64,000 nucleotides of DNA from positions 124,001-188,000 of the forward strand of contig NIVC01002050.1 in assembly GCA_002269645.1 (NCBI GenBank), in the 5' to 3' direction. Within the stretch, counting starts at the first letter, position 1, and the number at the start of each line of letters is the position of its first letter. Below, one piece after another: positions 35,528 through 47,637 of this stretch. This stretch comes from Macrostomum lignano. Lineage: Eukaryota. Both the position numbers and the translations under genes were made by a program. Under the pieces are notes generated by a model. The model saw only the letters and a list, made by a program, of their open reading frames with translations, ran no database searches and was not told where the DNA came from.

Positions 35528-36622
35528 TCAGGGTGAGGCGCCGCCGCCGCCGCCGCAGCAGCCGGCTCCGCGATGCTTCGCCAGCAGTCCCATCCGGCTG
35601 AAGGTCTTGCCGCAGACTTGGCATCGGTACTTCTTCACCTCCGAGTGCGTCTGCATGTGCGCCCGCAGGTTGGACCGGTCGGCGAAGGCCCGCTGGCACA
35701 CCTGGCACTGGAACGGTTTCTCCCCCGTGTGCGTCCGCAGGTGGCCGTTGAGCAGCCACATCCGGCTGAAGGCCTTGCCGCACACCCGGCACTGGCACGG
35801 CAGGGTGTGAGTCCTGATGTGCATCTTCAGCGCGCTCAGGCTGCAGTACTCCTTGTGGCAGCGGGTGCAGCTGAATCGGCGAGCCTCGCCGCCGCAGCTG
35901 CCGGACTCCAGGTGCTTCAGCAGGCCGGACGGCGTGGTGTACACCCGGCCGCAGCGGTCGCAAGACAGACCGGACGGCCTCTTGGCCGGCTGCAGGTCAG
36001 CGGCCGGGGTTGGCGGCAGCGAGGCCTGCGGGGACGCCGAAGGAGGCGGCAGGCGGTCGGCCGAGCCGTCAGCGGAGGCGTCGGATGAGCCGAGCGGCGA
36101 CGAACGGCAAGACGACGGGACGATGAGTCGCGGCGGCTGCGGAGGCGGCGGCGGCGGCGGCGGCGGCAACGGAGGAACCGACAGGTGCTGCAGCTGCGGC
36201 AGCGACAGCTGCGAGCTGCCCAGCGCCACGCCTGTCGGCAGCCGGTGAGGGCCCGGGGGCCAACACAGCGGAGGCGGCAGCGGCAGTGGCGGCAAAGTCG
36301 ATGGGCAGCTGCCGCCGTCGCTGCCGCCGCCACCGCCACCGACACGATGGCCAGCAGTCTTAGCCAGCTCCTGGGCCTTCGCCATGGCGCGCATCTGGAA
36401 ATCAGCGAACAGTCCAGGATAGGCGCAGATGTTCTCCAGCGTTGGCTTCATCTCGTCAGGGCGCCAGGCAAACAGCGGCACCAGCGGCAGATGCTGGAGA
36501 TGCTGGTGCGGAAGCTGATGATGGCGAGGCAGGCAGCCCGAGGCGGCAGCGGCCGCGGCTGCTGCGGCGGCTGCAGCGAACACGGAATGTGCAGGCGGAA
36601 GCTGCTGTGGCTGTTGTTGCAT
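35528..36622 (-). CDS. snail: Snail-family C2H2 zinc-finger transcription factor (5 fingers)
   Basis: [83 protein letters not shown] is the Snail/Slug/Escargot signature. First ATG is at 36622 with an in-frame TAA upstream. Confidence 0.93.
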   Translation of the reverse strand: MQQQPQQLPPAHSVFAAAAAAAAAAAASGCLPRHHQLPHQHLQHLPLVPLFAWRPDEMKPTLENICAYPGLFADFQMRAMAKAQELAKTAGHRVGGGGGGSDGGSCPSTLPPLPLPPPLCWPPGPHRLPTGVALGSSQLSLPQLQHLSVPPLPPPPPPPPPQPPRLIVPSSCRSSPLGSSDASADGSADRLPPPSASPQASLPPTPAADLQPAKRPSGLSCDRCGRVYTTPSGLLKHLESGSCGGEARRFSCTRCHKEYCSLSALKMHIRTHTLPCQCRVCGKAFSRMWLLNGHLRTHTGEKPFQCQVCQRAFADRSNLRAHMQTHSEVKKYRCQVCGKTFSRMGLLAKHRGAGCCGGGGGASP

Positions 36623-36854
36623 CTTGCTGCACAATTAACCTGGGAAATGCATGCAGGTGCAGCGGTCATAATGCTTGCAGACTTTGAGCAAAGATTTTGT
36701 TCAATTTCAAACAGCAACTGCAGAATGCCGAGTTCAACAGACTTTCCAGCCGTTTAATGCAATGCTCTATGGTAATAATTGGTCTTAATAGGATTGTAGC
36801 AGTACGAATACACGTCTGCAGCATTGGTGGCTGGTTGGCGCAAGTTGAGGCGCC

Positions 36855-37016
36855 ATCGGGGGGCGCGCCAGCGGGTAGCAAACGGGGCGCCATCGGGGGG
36901 CGCCATCGGGGGGCGCCATCGGGGGGTGTGCCATCGGGGGGCGCCATCGGGGGGGCGCCATCAGGGGGTGTGCCATCGGGGGGCGCCATCGGGGGCATCG
37001 GGGGCGCATAGGGGGG
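36855..37016. repeat. G-rich ~15-bp repeat (gggggcgccatcggg), potential G-quadruplex, just upstream of snail
   Basis: Direct reading. Confidence 0.8.
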
Positions 37017-37884
37017 TCCATCAGGTGGCAAACAAACAATAATCAAGCAGCAAACTTGCTCAGGAAAAGAGCCATATAACAATGACTAATCAAATGCGCC
37101 TGCAACCTGTTGAGGCAAATCTCAATTCTTAGAATGTGTAAATTCCCCAGCAAATGCTTGTATGGCTTAGCCCACGTGTATACACAAATATGAGCCAATG
37201 GTTTGATACCAGAAATTATGTATGTTTGGCCCAATACTAAAGTCCCTACACGTTGCCCAACAAAACCATTCCTTGATTCCCCGTGGCGATGGCCCCGAGC
37301 ACCTGATGGTTGTTAATTCCCATGGTATATGTTTAGCGATCAACTGGTAGTTCGGCCTCATGCATGGGACATACAGGAATTTAACAATAAATTGTGAGCG
37401 TAGAATGAGTATTAAGTTTTGTTTCTGAGATGTGTAAAGACTGCAGACTATATACAAGAGCGGCAGAGCCCCACGTGCCTTCGAACTTTTTTGGAGTTCG
37501 AATGATTAGAATTTTGATGGCCGACTCCATGTGACCGCGCGAGTGTTTAAACTTTTTTTCAGAAAACTTTACACGCGGAGCAGAGTAAATCCCCGCAATC
37601 CAGATGGCTCTATCCTGTTGCTACGCTCAAAAATCTAATAATATTAATAATAATTATTATTCTCAACTTTCCGTTTCTTTGAATGTCTCGGATTTTTTCA
37701 GGGCGACTGGCGGGTGGCTGCGCGGTGCTAGAAACAATAGGGACATTGAAACAACAACCGTAATCTTCCCCCCTGTTGCTTTTTTATTCAATAATTTGCC
37801 TCGATTTCTCTCCTTTGTTTCAACCTTCTGCTCCCTCTCGGATAAAAAAGCATCCCTAGGCCCTAGCAATTTTATTTTTATATT

Positions 37885-38340
37885 TGCGCATGCGTAAAAT
37901 TACTGGTTAAACTCTCCAAGTCTATGCAGCCTCTGAGCCTCATCAGATAAGGCGCCTGAGCCTGCAGTTTTTAGGCAATCGACAAGAAGTGGCCAGAAGA
38001 AGGGGCCACTTTAAAAAATCCTACTAGACACAAATAAGCTCTTCCTTCTTACCTGATTTCACCACACTTTTGACGCAGTTGCGGGGCAGTATTGCGCTTG
38101 CGAAACTTCCGCGTTAGTTGCTAGGCTATAGGCGGTGCTGCTTGTCCAGAGAATAATTTTAAGTAGCCAAAGGTGTCCAGGATCCTCTCTCAGTTTGTCT
38201 TTAAAAGGGTTTTTAAGGCCGAGGTCTATTAAAGCTTAAAATGCAGGGGGGTGGCAAAATATTGGCGGCCGGGCACCCCCCCCCCGGCAGCCAGTTCTGC
38301 CCCAGCCAATGGCGTGACAGGCAGCTCCGCTCCATTGGCT
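37885..38340. promoter_or_regulatory. Possible promoter/enhancer motifs upstream of snail (NRF1-like TGCGCATGCG; inverted CCAAT pair)
   Basis: tgcgcatgcg at 37885-37894; agccaatgg at 38304-38312 and ccattggct at 38332-38340. Confidence 0.3.
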
Positions 38341-38970
38341 GAGACCTACCTGGCTCGGGCTGAGAACTGTAGCCACGAACTTCCCACGCAAATCCATTGC
38401 ACAGCGCCCGACCGTCTCCGGGGCTCAATAATGACTTTTCCCACGGGAGAAAATGCAATGCGATATGCGAGACAGGCAAGGGGAGACGGCAGCGGCCATC
38501 TGATTAACAGTGTCAGGTGGCACTCAAGGATAGCCAGTAGCAGCAATGTTTGTCCACTATGCGCCCGAGCAGCTGCCACCGCTTTGAAGGGTCTGGCTGA
38601 TGGCATGTGCTCTGTGCTGTTGTTGTTGAAACACACTGCCGCGTAAGAGCGGATACACTGACTGCCGCGGTCCGAATGCCCGTTGTTGATGCTGATGAGC
38701 TGTCAGGCCTGTTGCTAGGGGGGTTTCCTACAAGTTTTCTTTTCCTGCTTCAGCTGGGCGCTGGCATTGAAGAAGGGCGAATGACGGGGAAGCAGCAGCT
38801 GCCGCATCCCCTTCATCTCCATTCTTTCAAGTTTCACGATGCCATTTGGTGCGTGCGATATGCCACTGAGGCAAAACACAAGTTGTAGCGCTTCTAATGG
38901 GCAAGTAAGCATAATATTGCCCCCTGCTGGGAATTATGAAAATTGCTGAAAGTAAGTGCTGGAGTGATGC

Positions 38971-40625
38971 AAGGCTAAGGCCAAGGCTAAGGCCAAGGCT
39001 AAGGCCAAGGCTAAGGCCAAGGCTAAGGCCAAGGCTAAGGCCAAGGCTAAGGCCAAGGCTAAGGCCAAGGCTAAGGCCAAGGCTAAGGCCAAGGCTAAGG
39101 CCAAGGCTAAGGCCAAGGCTAAGGCCAAGGCTAAGGCCAAGGCTAAGGCCAAGGCTAAGGCCAAGGCTAAGGCCAAGGCTAAGGCCAAGGCTAAGGCCAA
39201 GGCTAAGGCCAAGGCTAAGGCCAAGGCTAAGGCCAAGGCTAAGGCCAAGGCTAAGGCCAAGGCTAAGGCCAAGGCTAAGGCCAAGGCTAAGGCCAAGGCT
39301 AAGGCCAAGGCTAAGGCCAAGGCTAAGGCCAAGGCTAAGGCCAAGGCTAAGGCCAAGGCTAAGGCCAAGGCTAAGGCCAAGGCTAAGGCCAAGGCTAAGG
39401 CCAAGGCTAAGGCCAAGGCTAAGGCCAAGGCTAAGGCCAAGGCTAAGGCCAAGGCTAAGGCCAAGGCTAAGGCCAAGGCTAAGGCCAAGGCTAAGGCCAA
39501 GGCTAAGGCCAAGGCTAAGGCCAAGGCTAAGGCCAAGGCTAAGGCCAAGGCTAAGGCCAAGGCTAAGGCCAAGGCTAAGGCCAAGGCTAAGGCCAAGGCT
39601 AAGGCCAAGGCTAAGGCCAAGGCTAAGGCCAAGGCTAAGGCCAAGGCTAAGGCCAAGGCTAAGGCCAAGGCTAAGGCCAAGGCTAAGGCCAAGGCTAAGG
39701 CCAAGGCTAAGGCCAAGGCTAAGGCCAAGGCTAAGGCCAAGGCTAAGGCCAAGGCTAAGGCCAAGGCTAAGGCCAAGGCTAAGGCCAAGGCTAAGGCCAA
39801 GGCTAAGGCCAAGGCTAAGGCCAAGGCTAAGGCCAAGGCTAAGGCCAAGGCTAAGGCCAAGGCTAAGGCCAAGGCTAAGGCCAAGGCTAAGGCCAAGGCT
39901 AAGGCCAAGGCTAAGGCCAAGGCTAAGGCCAAGGCTAAGGCCAAGGCTAAGGCCAAGGCTAAGGCCAAGGCTAAGGCCAAGGCTAAGGCCAAGGCTAAGG
40001 CCAAGGCTAAGGCCAAGGCTAAGGCCAAGGCTAAGGCCAAGGCTAAGGCCAAGGCTAAGGCCAAGGCTAAGGCCAAGGCTAAGGCCAAGGCTAAGGCCAA
40101 GGCTAAGGCCAAGGCTAAGGCCAAGGCTAAGGCCAAGGCTAAGGCCAAGGCTAAGGCCAAGGCTAAGGCCAAGGCTAAGGCCAAGGCTAAGGCCAAGGCT
40201 AAGGCCAAGGCTAAGGCCAAGGCTAAGGCCAAGGCTAAGGCCAAGGCTAAGGCCAAGGCTAAGGCCAAGGCTAAGGCCAAGGCTAAGGCCAAGGCTAAGG
40301 CCAAGGCTAAGGCCAAGGCTAAGGCCAAGGCTAAGGCCAAGGCTAAGGCCAGGCTAAGGCCAAGGCTAAGGCCAGGCTAAGGCCAAGGCTAAGGCCAAGG
40401 CTAAGGCCAAGGCTAAGGCCAAGGCTAAGGCCAAGGCTAAGGCCAAGGCTAAGGCCAAGGCTAAGGCCAAGGCTAAGGCCAAGGCTAAGGCCAAGGCTAA
40501 GGCCAAGGCTAAGGCCAAGGCTAAGGCCAAGGCTAAGGCCAAGGCTAAGGCCAAGGCTAAGGCCAAGGCTAAGGCCAAGGCTAAGGCCAAGGCTAAGGCC
40601 AAGGCTAAGGCCAAGGCAAGGCTAA
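38971..40625. repeat. Nearly perfect 12-bp satellite (AAGGCTAAGGCC)n, ~137 copies
   Basis: Uninterrupted except for two single-base deletions near 40350-40375. Confidence 0.99.
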
Positions 40626-41229
40626 GATATAGCCTTAGTCTTGGAAAGAGAACCATCTTGGAAAAAATCATTTTTGGCGCGTCTCCCATGCAGGTGTCCA
40701 AATCTGAATTGCATCATCACTTGTGGCAAATTTTTGTGGGGATAAATACATGGGACATGGGCGAGACAGAGAGACTCCACTGTGGCTGTGTGTTGCGTTC
40801 CGCAGACCCGGTCGAGATGGGGCGTTGGGAGGCTGGGCCCGCGTATTCCAGGTGACCTCTCGCCTATGTAATTTGGCAAAACTGTTGCCCACGTTTTTAC
40901 TGCGCGCTTTAATAATCTCTCAGCTGATCGAATTTCAGTACGGCTTAGCCCAGCCAGCAAGCATAATTGATTTATGACAGTAATTGACCCGCAGAAGCAG
41001 CTCATCAGCCAGGTGGCCTGAGGCGGGGCTGAACAGAGAAATGCGAGACCTTGAAGCATGCTCAATATGAGGGAGAAAGCGATTGAGCAGTCTGGGGCTG
41101 AATGGCAGTTTAGAGAATTTGGTCGGACGATGCAAAAGTTGACAGAAGCCGTGAGAAACTGCGGGTTGAGAAAGGCTGGGGCTTCGAGATTGAAGTTTTG
41201 GGACTCCTCTGGAGGCCAGGAGGTCGTAG

Positions 41230-42498
41230 ATTCTTCAGGGTGTTATGGGATTCTTCAGGGTGAGATGGGATTCTTCAGGGTGAGATGGGATTCTTCAGGG
41301 TGTTATGGGATTCTTCAGGGTGAGATGGAGATTCTTCAGGGTGAGATGGGGATTCTTCAGGTTGAGATGAGGTTCTTCAGGGTGAGATGGGGTTCTTCAG
41401 GGTAAGATGGGGATTCTTAAGGGTGAGATGAGGATTCTTCAGGGTGAGATGGGGTTCTTCAGGGTGAGATGGGGATTCTTCAGGGTGAGATGGGGATTCT
41501 TCAGGTTGAGATGAGGTTCTTCAGGGTGAGATGGGGTTCTTCAGGGTGAGATGGGGATTCTTAAGGGTGAGATGAGGATTCTTCAGGGTGAGATGGGGTT
41601 CTTCAGGGTGAGATGACGATTCTTCAGGTTGAGATGAGGTTCTTCAGGTTGAGATGAGGTTCTTCAGGGTGAGATGGGGTTCTTCAGGGTAAGATGGGGA
41701 TTCTTAAGGGTGAGATGAGGATTCTTCAGGGTGAGATGGGGTTCTTCAGGGTGAGATGGGGATTCTTCAGGGTGAGATGGGGATTCTTCAGGTTGAGATG
41801 AGGTTCTTCAGGGTGAGATGGGGTTCTTCAGGGTGAGATGGGGATTCTTAAGGGTGAGATGAGGATTCTTCAGGGTGAGATGGGGTTCTTCAGGGTGAGA
41901 TGACGATTCTTCAGGTTGAGATGAGGTTCTTCAGGTTGAGATGAGGTTCTTCAGGGTGAGATGGGGTTCTTCAGGGTGAGATGGGGATTCTTCAGGGTGA
42001 GATGGGGATTCTTCAGGTTGAGATGAGGTTCTTCAGGGTGAGATGGGGTTCTTCAGGGTGAGATGGGGATTCTTAAGGGTGAGATGAGGATTCTTCAGGG
42101 TGAGATGGGGTTCTTCAGGGTGAGATGACGATTCTTCAGGTTGAGATGAGGTTCTTCAGGTTGAGATGAGGTTCTTCAGGGTGAGATGGGGTTCTTCAGG
42201 GTGAGATGGGGATTCTTCAGGTTGAGATGAGGTTCTTCAGGGTGAGATGGGGTTCTTCAGGGTGAGATGGGGATTCTTAAGGGTGAGATGAGGATTCTTC
42301 AGGGTGAGATGGGGTTCTTCAGGGTGAGATGACGATTCTTCAGGTTGAGATGAGGTTCTTCAGGTTGAGATGGGGATTCTTCAGGTTGAGATGAGGTTCT
42401 TCAGGGTGAGATGGGGTTCTTCAGGGTGCGATGGGATTCTTCAGGGTGCGATGGGATTCTTCAGGGTTAGATGGGATTCTTCAGGGTGAAATGGGATT
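41230..42498. repeat. 19-20 bp minisatellite (ttcttcagggtgagatgggg) with variant blocks
   Basis: The diagnostic variant cttaaggg recurs at ~41417, 41561, 41704, 41848, 42073, 42277. Confidence 0.95.
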
Positions 42499-43344
42499 TT
42501 ACTTCATGCACAGTGAGCAAAGAGTAATCTGTAAAGAGCAATTGAGCAGAATTTCGCGTACGCAATAGATGCGCAGACCGATGGAACAAGTGTATGCTGC
42601 ACCCAAGTCAGTTCCCAGGCAGTGCTGACCTGCACACTGCATTTATCATTCGCATTCACAAAGCAGCACCGTTGTAAACTGTTAAAAGAAAATTCAGGTG
42701 AAATGATGAAGCTGTCTCTGTCTCTCTGTCTCTCTCTCAGTCCGCAGCTCGCGCCGCTTTCACCGCAATCAACGGCAAGTGTCGGTGGCCACGGCTTGTA
42801 TACACCAGACTTGCTCGTGAGCAATCCATCATGCCGAATCTCTGTAAACATTGGCGACTGGGGGCTCCGCAACCTGCAACAAGTGCTTCTTCATCGTATT
42901 GCCATCCAAGCCTCCCGCCGCTTCCCCTGCGCACACTGTTGCCATGGGGGCGGCTTTAAAAAGCGCGACTGCGATTCAGTATATACGAGGTGGAAGGTTG
43001 CGATCCAAAGTGACAGATGAGGCAGTTGAGAGTCTGGCCCCGGATGCTGAGAAAGTCAGAATTTTAATATTGGAACTCTCGGGCACCCCGCTGGGATCTG
43101 CAGATCAACTGCCCAGACAGCTGCGGTTGAACCGATTCCCTCAATTCCTTTTTAGTGTTGAGTGATTTGGAATGCAGGTATTTGGCTCCTGTGCGATCGT
43201 CTTGGACTGTCGGCCTCGCGCACTTCAGGTTAAGTTGGATTTCCTGTGGGTCAGGGGGTGATCTGGGTCCGGGCCGATTTCAAACCAACCATTTCCAATT
43301 CCACTGTGGTCACCTCGCTTAAACCTGCTTCTTCCCTATAGTTT

Positions 43345-44615
43345 CCCCTCCCCGTTTCCGCCCCTTACAACTCGTTTCCGCCCCTTACAACTCGTTTCCG
43401 CCCATTACAACTCGTTTCCGCCCCTTCTAACTCGTTTCCGTCCCTTCTAACTCGTTTCCGCCCCTTCCAACTCGTTTCCGCCCCTTCTAACTCGTTTCCG
43501 TCCCTTCCAACTCGTTTGCGCCCCTTCCAACTCGTTTCCGCCCCTTCCAACTCGTTTCCGCCCCTTCTAACTCGTTTCCGTCCCTTCCAACTCGTTTCCG
43601 CCCCTTCCAACTCGTTTCCGCCCCTTCTAACTCGTTTCCGTCCCTTCCAACTCGTTTGCGCCCTTCCAACTCGTTTGCGCCCTTCCAACTCGTTTCCGCC
43701 CCTTCCAACTCGTTTCCGCCCCTTCTAACTCGTTTCCGTCCCTTCCAACTCGTTTGCGCCCTTCCAACTCGTTTCCGCCCCTTCCAACTCGTTTCCGCCC
43801 CTTCTAACTCGTTTCCGTCCCTTCCAACTCGTTTGCGCCCTTCCAACTCGTTTCCGCCCCTTCCAACTCGTTTCCGTCCCTTCCAACTCGTTTCCGCCCC
43901 TTCTAACTCGTTTGCGCCCTTCTAACTGGTTTCCGCCCCTTCCAACTCGTTTCCGCCCCTTCCAACTCGTTTCCGCCCCTTCCAACTCGTTTCCGCCCCT
44001 TCTAACTCGTTTCCGCCCCTTCCAACTCGTTTCCGCCCCTTCCAACTCGTTTCCGCCCCTTCCAACTCGTTTCCGCCCCTTCCAACTCGTTTCCGCCCCT
44101 TCTAACTCGTTTCCGCCCCTTCTAACTCGTTTCCGTCCCTTCCAACTCGTTTGCGCCCTTCCAACTCGTTTCCGCCCCTTCCAACTCGTTTCCGTCCCTT
44201 CCAACTCGTTTCCGCCCCTTCTAACTCGTTTCCGTCCCTTCCAACTCGTTTCCGCCCCTTCTAACTCGTTTGCGCCCTTCTAACTGGTTTCCGCCCCTTC
44301 CAACTCGTTTCCGCCCCTTCCAACTCGTTTCCGCCCCTTCCAACTCGTTTCCGCCCCTTCCAACTCGTTTCCGCCCCTTCTAACTCGTTTCCGTCCCTTC
44401 CAACTCGTTTGCGCCCTTCCAACTCGTTTCCGCCCCTTCCAACTCGTTTCCGTCCCTTCCAACTCGTTTCCGCCCCTTCTAACTCGTTTCCGTCCCTTCC
44501 AACTCGTTTCCGCCCCTTCTAACTCGTTTGCGCCCTTCTAACTGGTTTCCGCCCCTTCCAACTCGTTTCCGCCCCTTCCAACTCGTTTTCGCCACTTCCA
44601 ACTCGTTTCCGCCCC
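43345..44615. repeat. 20-bp minisatellite (aactcgtttccgccccttcc)
   Basis: Direct reading, ~63 copies. Confidence 0.97.
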
Positions 44616-45193
44616 CTCCAACCTCCAAATCCACCTTTTTTGCCCCGTAATTTTCGCCTCATCTGACAGACACAACTTCCAGTCCTCAGTTCACAATTGT
44701 CAGTGAAGAGCACACGAAGCATAATCTGCGGCCCTCATCAAGTTGCCCTCCCACTAAGCCAGCTTCACACTAATTCAATGCAGCGCATCGAAGCACCTGC
44801 AGTTGGTTTTCTCTCACCTGCTCTCTTTCTCTTCTTCTGTCTTCCTGCTCGCCTCTTGGCCTGTCTGCAACAGCAGAGAGAGTCTTTAGAACTCTCGCTA
44901 GAAGCAATTGCCAACCAGACGATAGGGTGAGTGCCGAAGCGCAATCATGCGCCTTGAGCACACTAAGACTGCGTGTGTGTATGTATGTATGTGTGTCTGT
45001 GTGTGTGGCACCTCCTTCAAGCGCCACCAGGTGGGTCGAGGGTGCAGCTCTCACACCTTTTTCGAGCGTGCAAACACACTTGTCCCGTCGGTCTTATCAC
45101 AATGGACAATACCGAATCGGAGACTGTGGAGTTACTTAATAAATGCACTGCATCTATGAGGGGTGGGGGAATGGCTCTTAGCTTTTCTCATTC

Positions 45194-45196
<3 letters not shown>

Positions 45197-45239
<43 letters not shown>

Positions 45240-45240
45240 A
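45197..45240. repeat. (CA)n microsatellite
   Basis: cacacacaca run. Confidence 0.95.
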
Positions 45241-45884
45241 CCTATATCTCTGTGAACCTGCACGCGCACGGTCTAGGGACCAACCTGAGAATCTCGCACA
45301 GTTACAGGGGCTATGGAAAAAGCAAAGAAAAGCTATTTAAGCTTGTCTGGGACCACCCACCGGATTTCTTCTCATCAGCAAAAAGGGGCAGGGAGGCAGA
45401 ATGCGTCCAGCTCTGAGGCTCTGTGTGTCGCTCGGACACTCCCCGGTGAGACCTGCGGCCCAGCAGTGAAAGCTGGCCTTGGGCCAAGCATAAGCCACTT
45501 TCATTGGAGCAGCAAGTGCAGCTGCAGAGAGGCGATGAAGCCCCTGGCTGTCAGTCAGTCAGGCAATTATACTGGCAGGTTGAACTCGGCTTCCCACACT
45601 TTTGCCACCCGGCGCTGAAGCTTGCGATTCGGCCGTGTTATTTTTAGCGTGAGAACTGCCTCACTGTTATTAACTAAAATGCGCTTATTTGAGCACACAC
45701 TGGCTTCAGCTTTTAATAGCACAGTTTTAATAGCATTTATGATGCAGATGGCAAGGTGACTGCAGCTCTTTACAGCTGATAATTTATTTTGGGGGTGCTC
45801 AAAACAAATTATACTTACACTTGAATGGCATAGTTTCATTCTTCAGATTAAATCGGTACGCTTCGGGTTCAGAATAGCAGTTTC

Positions 45885-46392
45885 CGGTTCAAAATGGTAG
45901 CTTCAGGTTCAAAATGGTAGCTTCAGGTTCAAAATGGTAGCTTCAGGTTCAAAATGGTAGCTTCAGGTTCAAAATGGCAGCTTCAGGTTCAAAATGGTAG
46001 CTTTAGGTTCAGAATGACAGCTTCAGGTTCAGCATGGCAGTTTCAGATTGAACATGGCAGCTTCAAATTCAACATGGCAGCTTCAGGTTCAGCATGGCAG
46101 TTTCAGATTCAACATGGCAGCTTCAAATTCAACATGGCAGCTTCAGATTCAACATGGCAGCTTCAGATTCAACATGGCAGCTTCAGATTGAATATGGCAG
46201 CTTCAGATTGAATATGGCAGCTTCAAATTGAATATGGCAGCTTCAGATTGAATATGGCAGCTTCAGATTCAACATGGCAGCTTCAGATTGAATATGGCAG
46301 TTTCAGATTGAATATGGCAGCTTCAGATTCAACATGGCAGCTTCAGATTGAATATGGCAGTTTCAGATTGAATATGGCAGCTTCAGATTCAA
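45885..46392. repeat. 20-bp minisatellite drifting from aaaatggtagcttcaggttc to aa(c/t)atggcagcttcagatt(c/g)
   Basis: Direct reading; gradual change of the unit along the array. Confidence 0.92.
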
Positions 46393-47292
46393 AGCAACAT
46401 ATTAATACGCTCGTATTAAAAATGAGAGTTTGAAATAAAAAAATGGCGTCTTCAGGTTACAAATGGCACCGTCTAAATTAAAAATGAAATTAAAAAAGCA
46501 ATAAAAAGGATATACTTATAAGCAATTAAGAAATACGCTAAAATATTGCAACAATTTAAATTGACGCCAAAAATAATAAAAATTGTCAAATAGTAATAAG
46601 ATTCTAAAACGCCATTTTTTGACAAATACGGCTGCCTTGTTCACCCTCAGCAACCCTAGCAAGTGCCGGAACGGAGGTTTCCGGTCAGATAAATTTGCTC
46701 AAGTTTGGCCACAACTGCCAGCGCCTGTGCTCACACAGCGGCAGCTCAGCAGAACAAACAGCCTCAGCCGAGCAAGCAGTGGAGCAAACAGTGGAGCAAA
46801 CACTGCATGCACTGGGGGGTGCACCTCATCGCAGCACCGCACCAAAGTGTTATGATCATCTGCTGGCCAACTGGCAGAGACAGTTTGAAACACGAATTTC
46901 GCGCGCTTTTGCAGGTAACACAGCATGCCTCCCCCCCCCCCCCGGTTCCGTGCTCAATGCGATTTCGTCTGCTCAAACTTTCTTCTCCCTGGCAATTGCT
47001 GAGCGGCAATGCATTTTCACTGTTGCGTAACAGCTTGTCTCTTAATTGCTGCTCAGTTTTTGTAGGCTAAAAAGCATAATTGTGCCTTTCGGGTAATAAT
47101 GGGGGAATTTTGTCCTGGCTCTTGAATTACACAGCTCAAGGTGTGTTTCTGCAAATATCAGTATTGGTACCTCTGGACGGATAGGAGCGGGTGGGGCGGA
47201 TCGGGGCGGATAAGAGTGAATCGGGGTGGATGGGGCGGATAGGGTGGATAGCGCGAATGGGATAGGGCGGATGGGACGGAAAAGGTAGTTTA

Positions 47293-47637
47293 GGGGCGGA
47301 ATCGGTGGTGTAGGGGCGGAATCGGTGGTGTATAGGGGCGGAATCGGTGGTGTAGGGGCGGAATCGGTAGTGTAGGGGCGGAATCGGTAGTGTAGGGGCG
47401 GAATCGGTAGTGTAGGGGCGGAATCGATGGTGTAGGGGCGGAATTGGTGGTGTAGGGGCGGAATCGGTGGTGTAGGGGCGGAATCGGTAGTGTAGGGGCG
47501 GAATCGGTAGTGTAGGGGCGGAATCGGTGGTGTAGGGGCGGAATCGGTGGTGTAGGGGCGGAATCGGTAGTGTAGGGGCGGAATCGGTGGTGTAGGGGCG
47601 GAATCGGTGGTGTAGGGGCGGAATCGGTGGTGTAGGG
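47293..47637. repeat. 20-bp G-rich minisatellite (tgtaggggcggaatcggt(g/a)g)
   Basis: Direct reading, ~17 copies. Confidence 0.95.

Noticed and set aside
35451-36757. Alternative-frame and antisense ORFs over snail (and similar ones over UROD, ZDHHC and TDRD5)
   Set aside because: Shadow ORFs from GC-rich codon usage; no independent evidence.
38934-40701. Poly-LA and poly-RPRL ORFs of ~470 aa
   Set aside because: Artefacts of the perfect 12-bp repeat.
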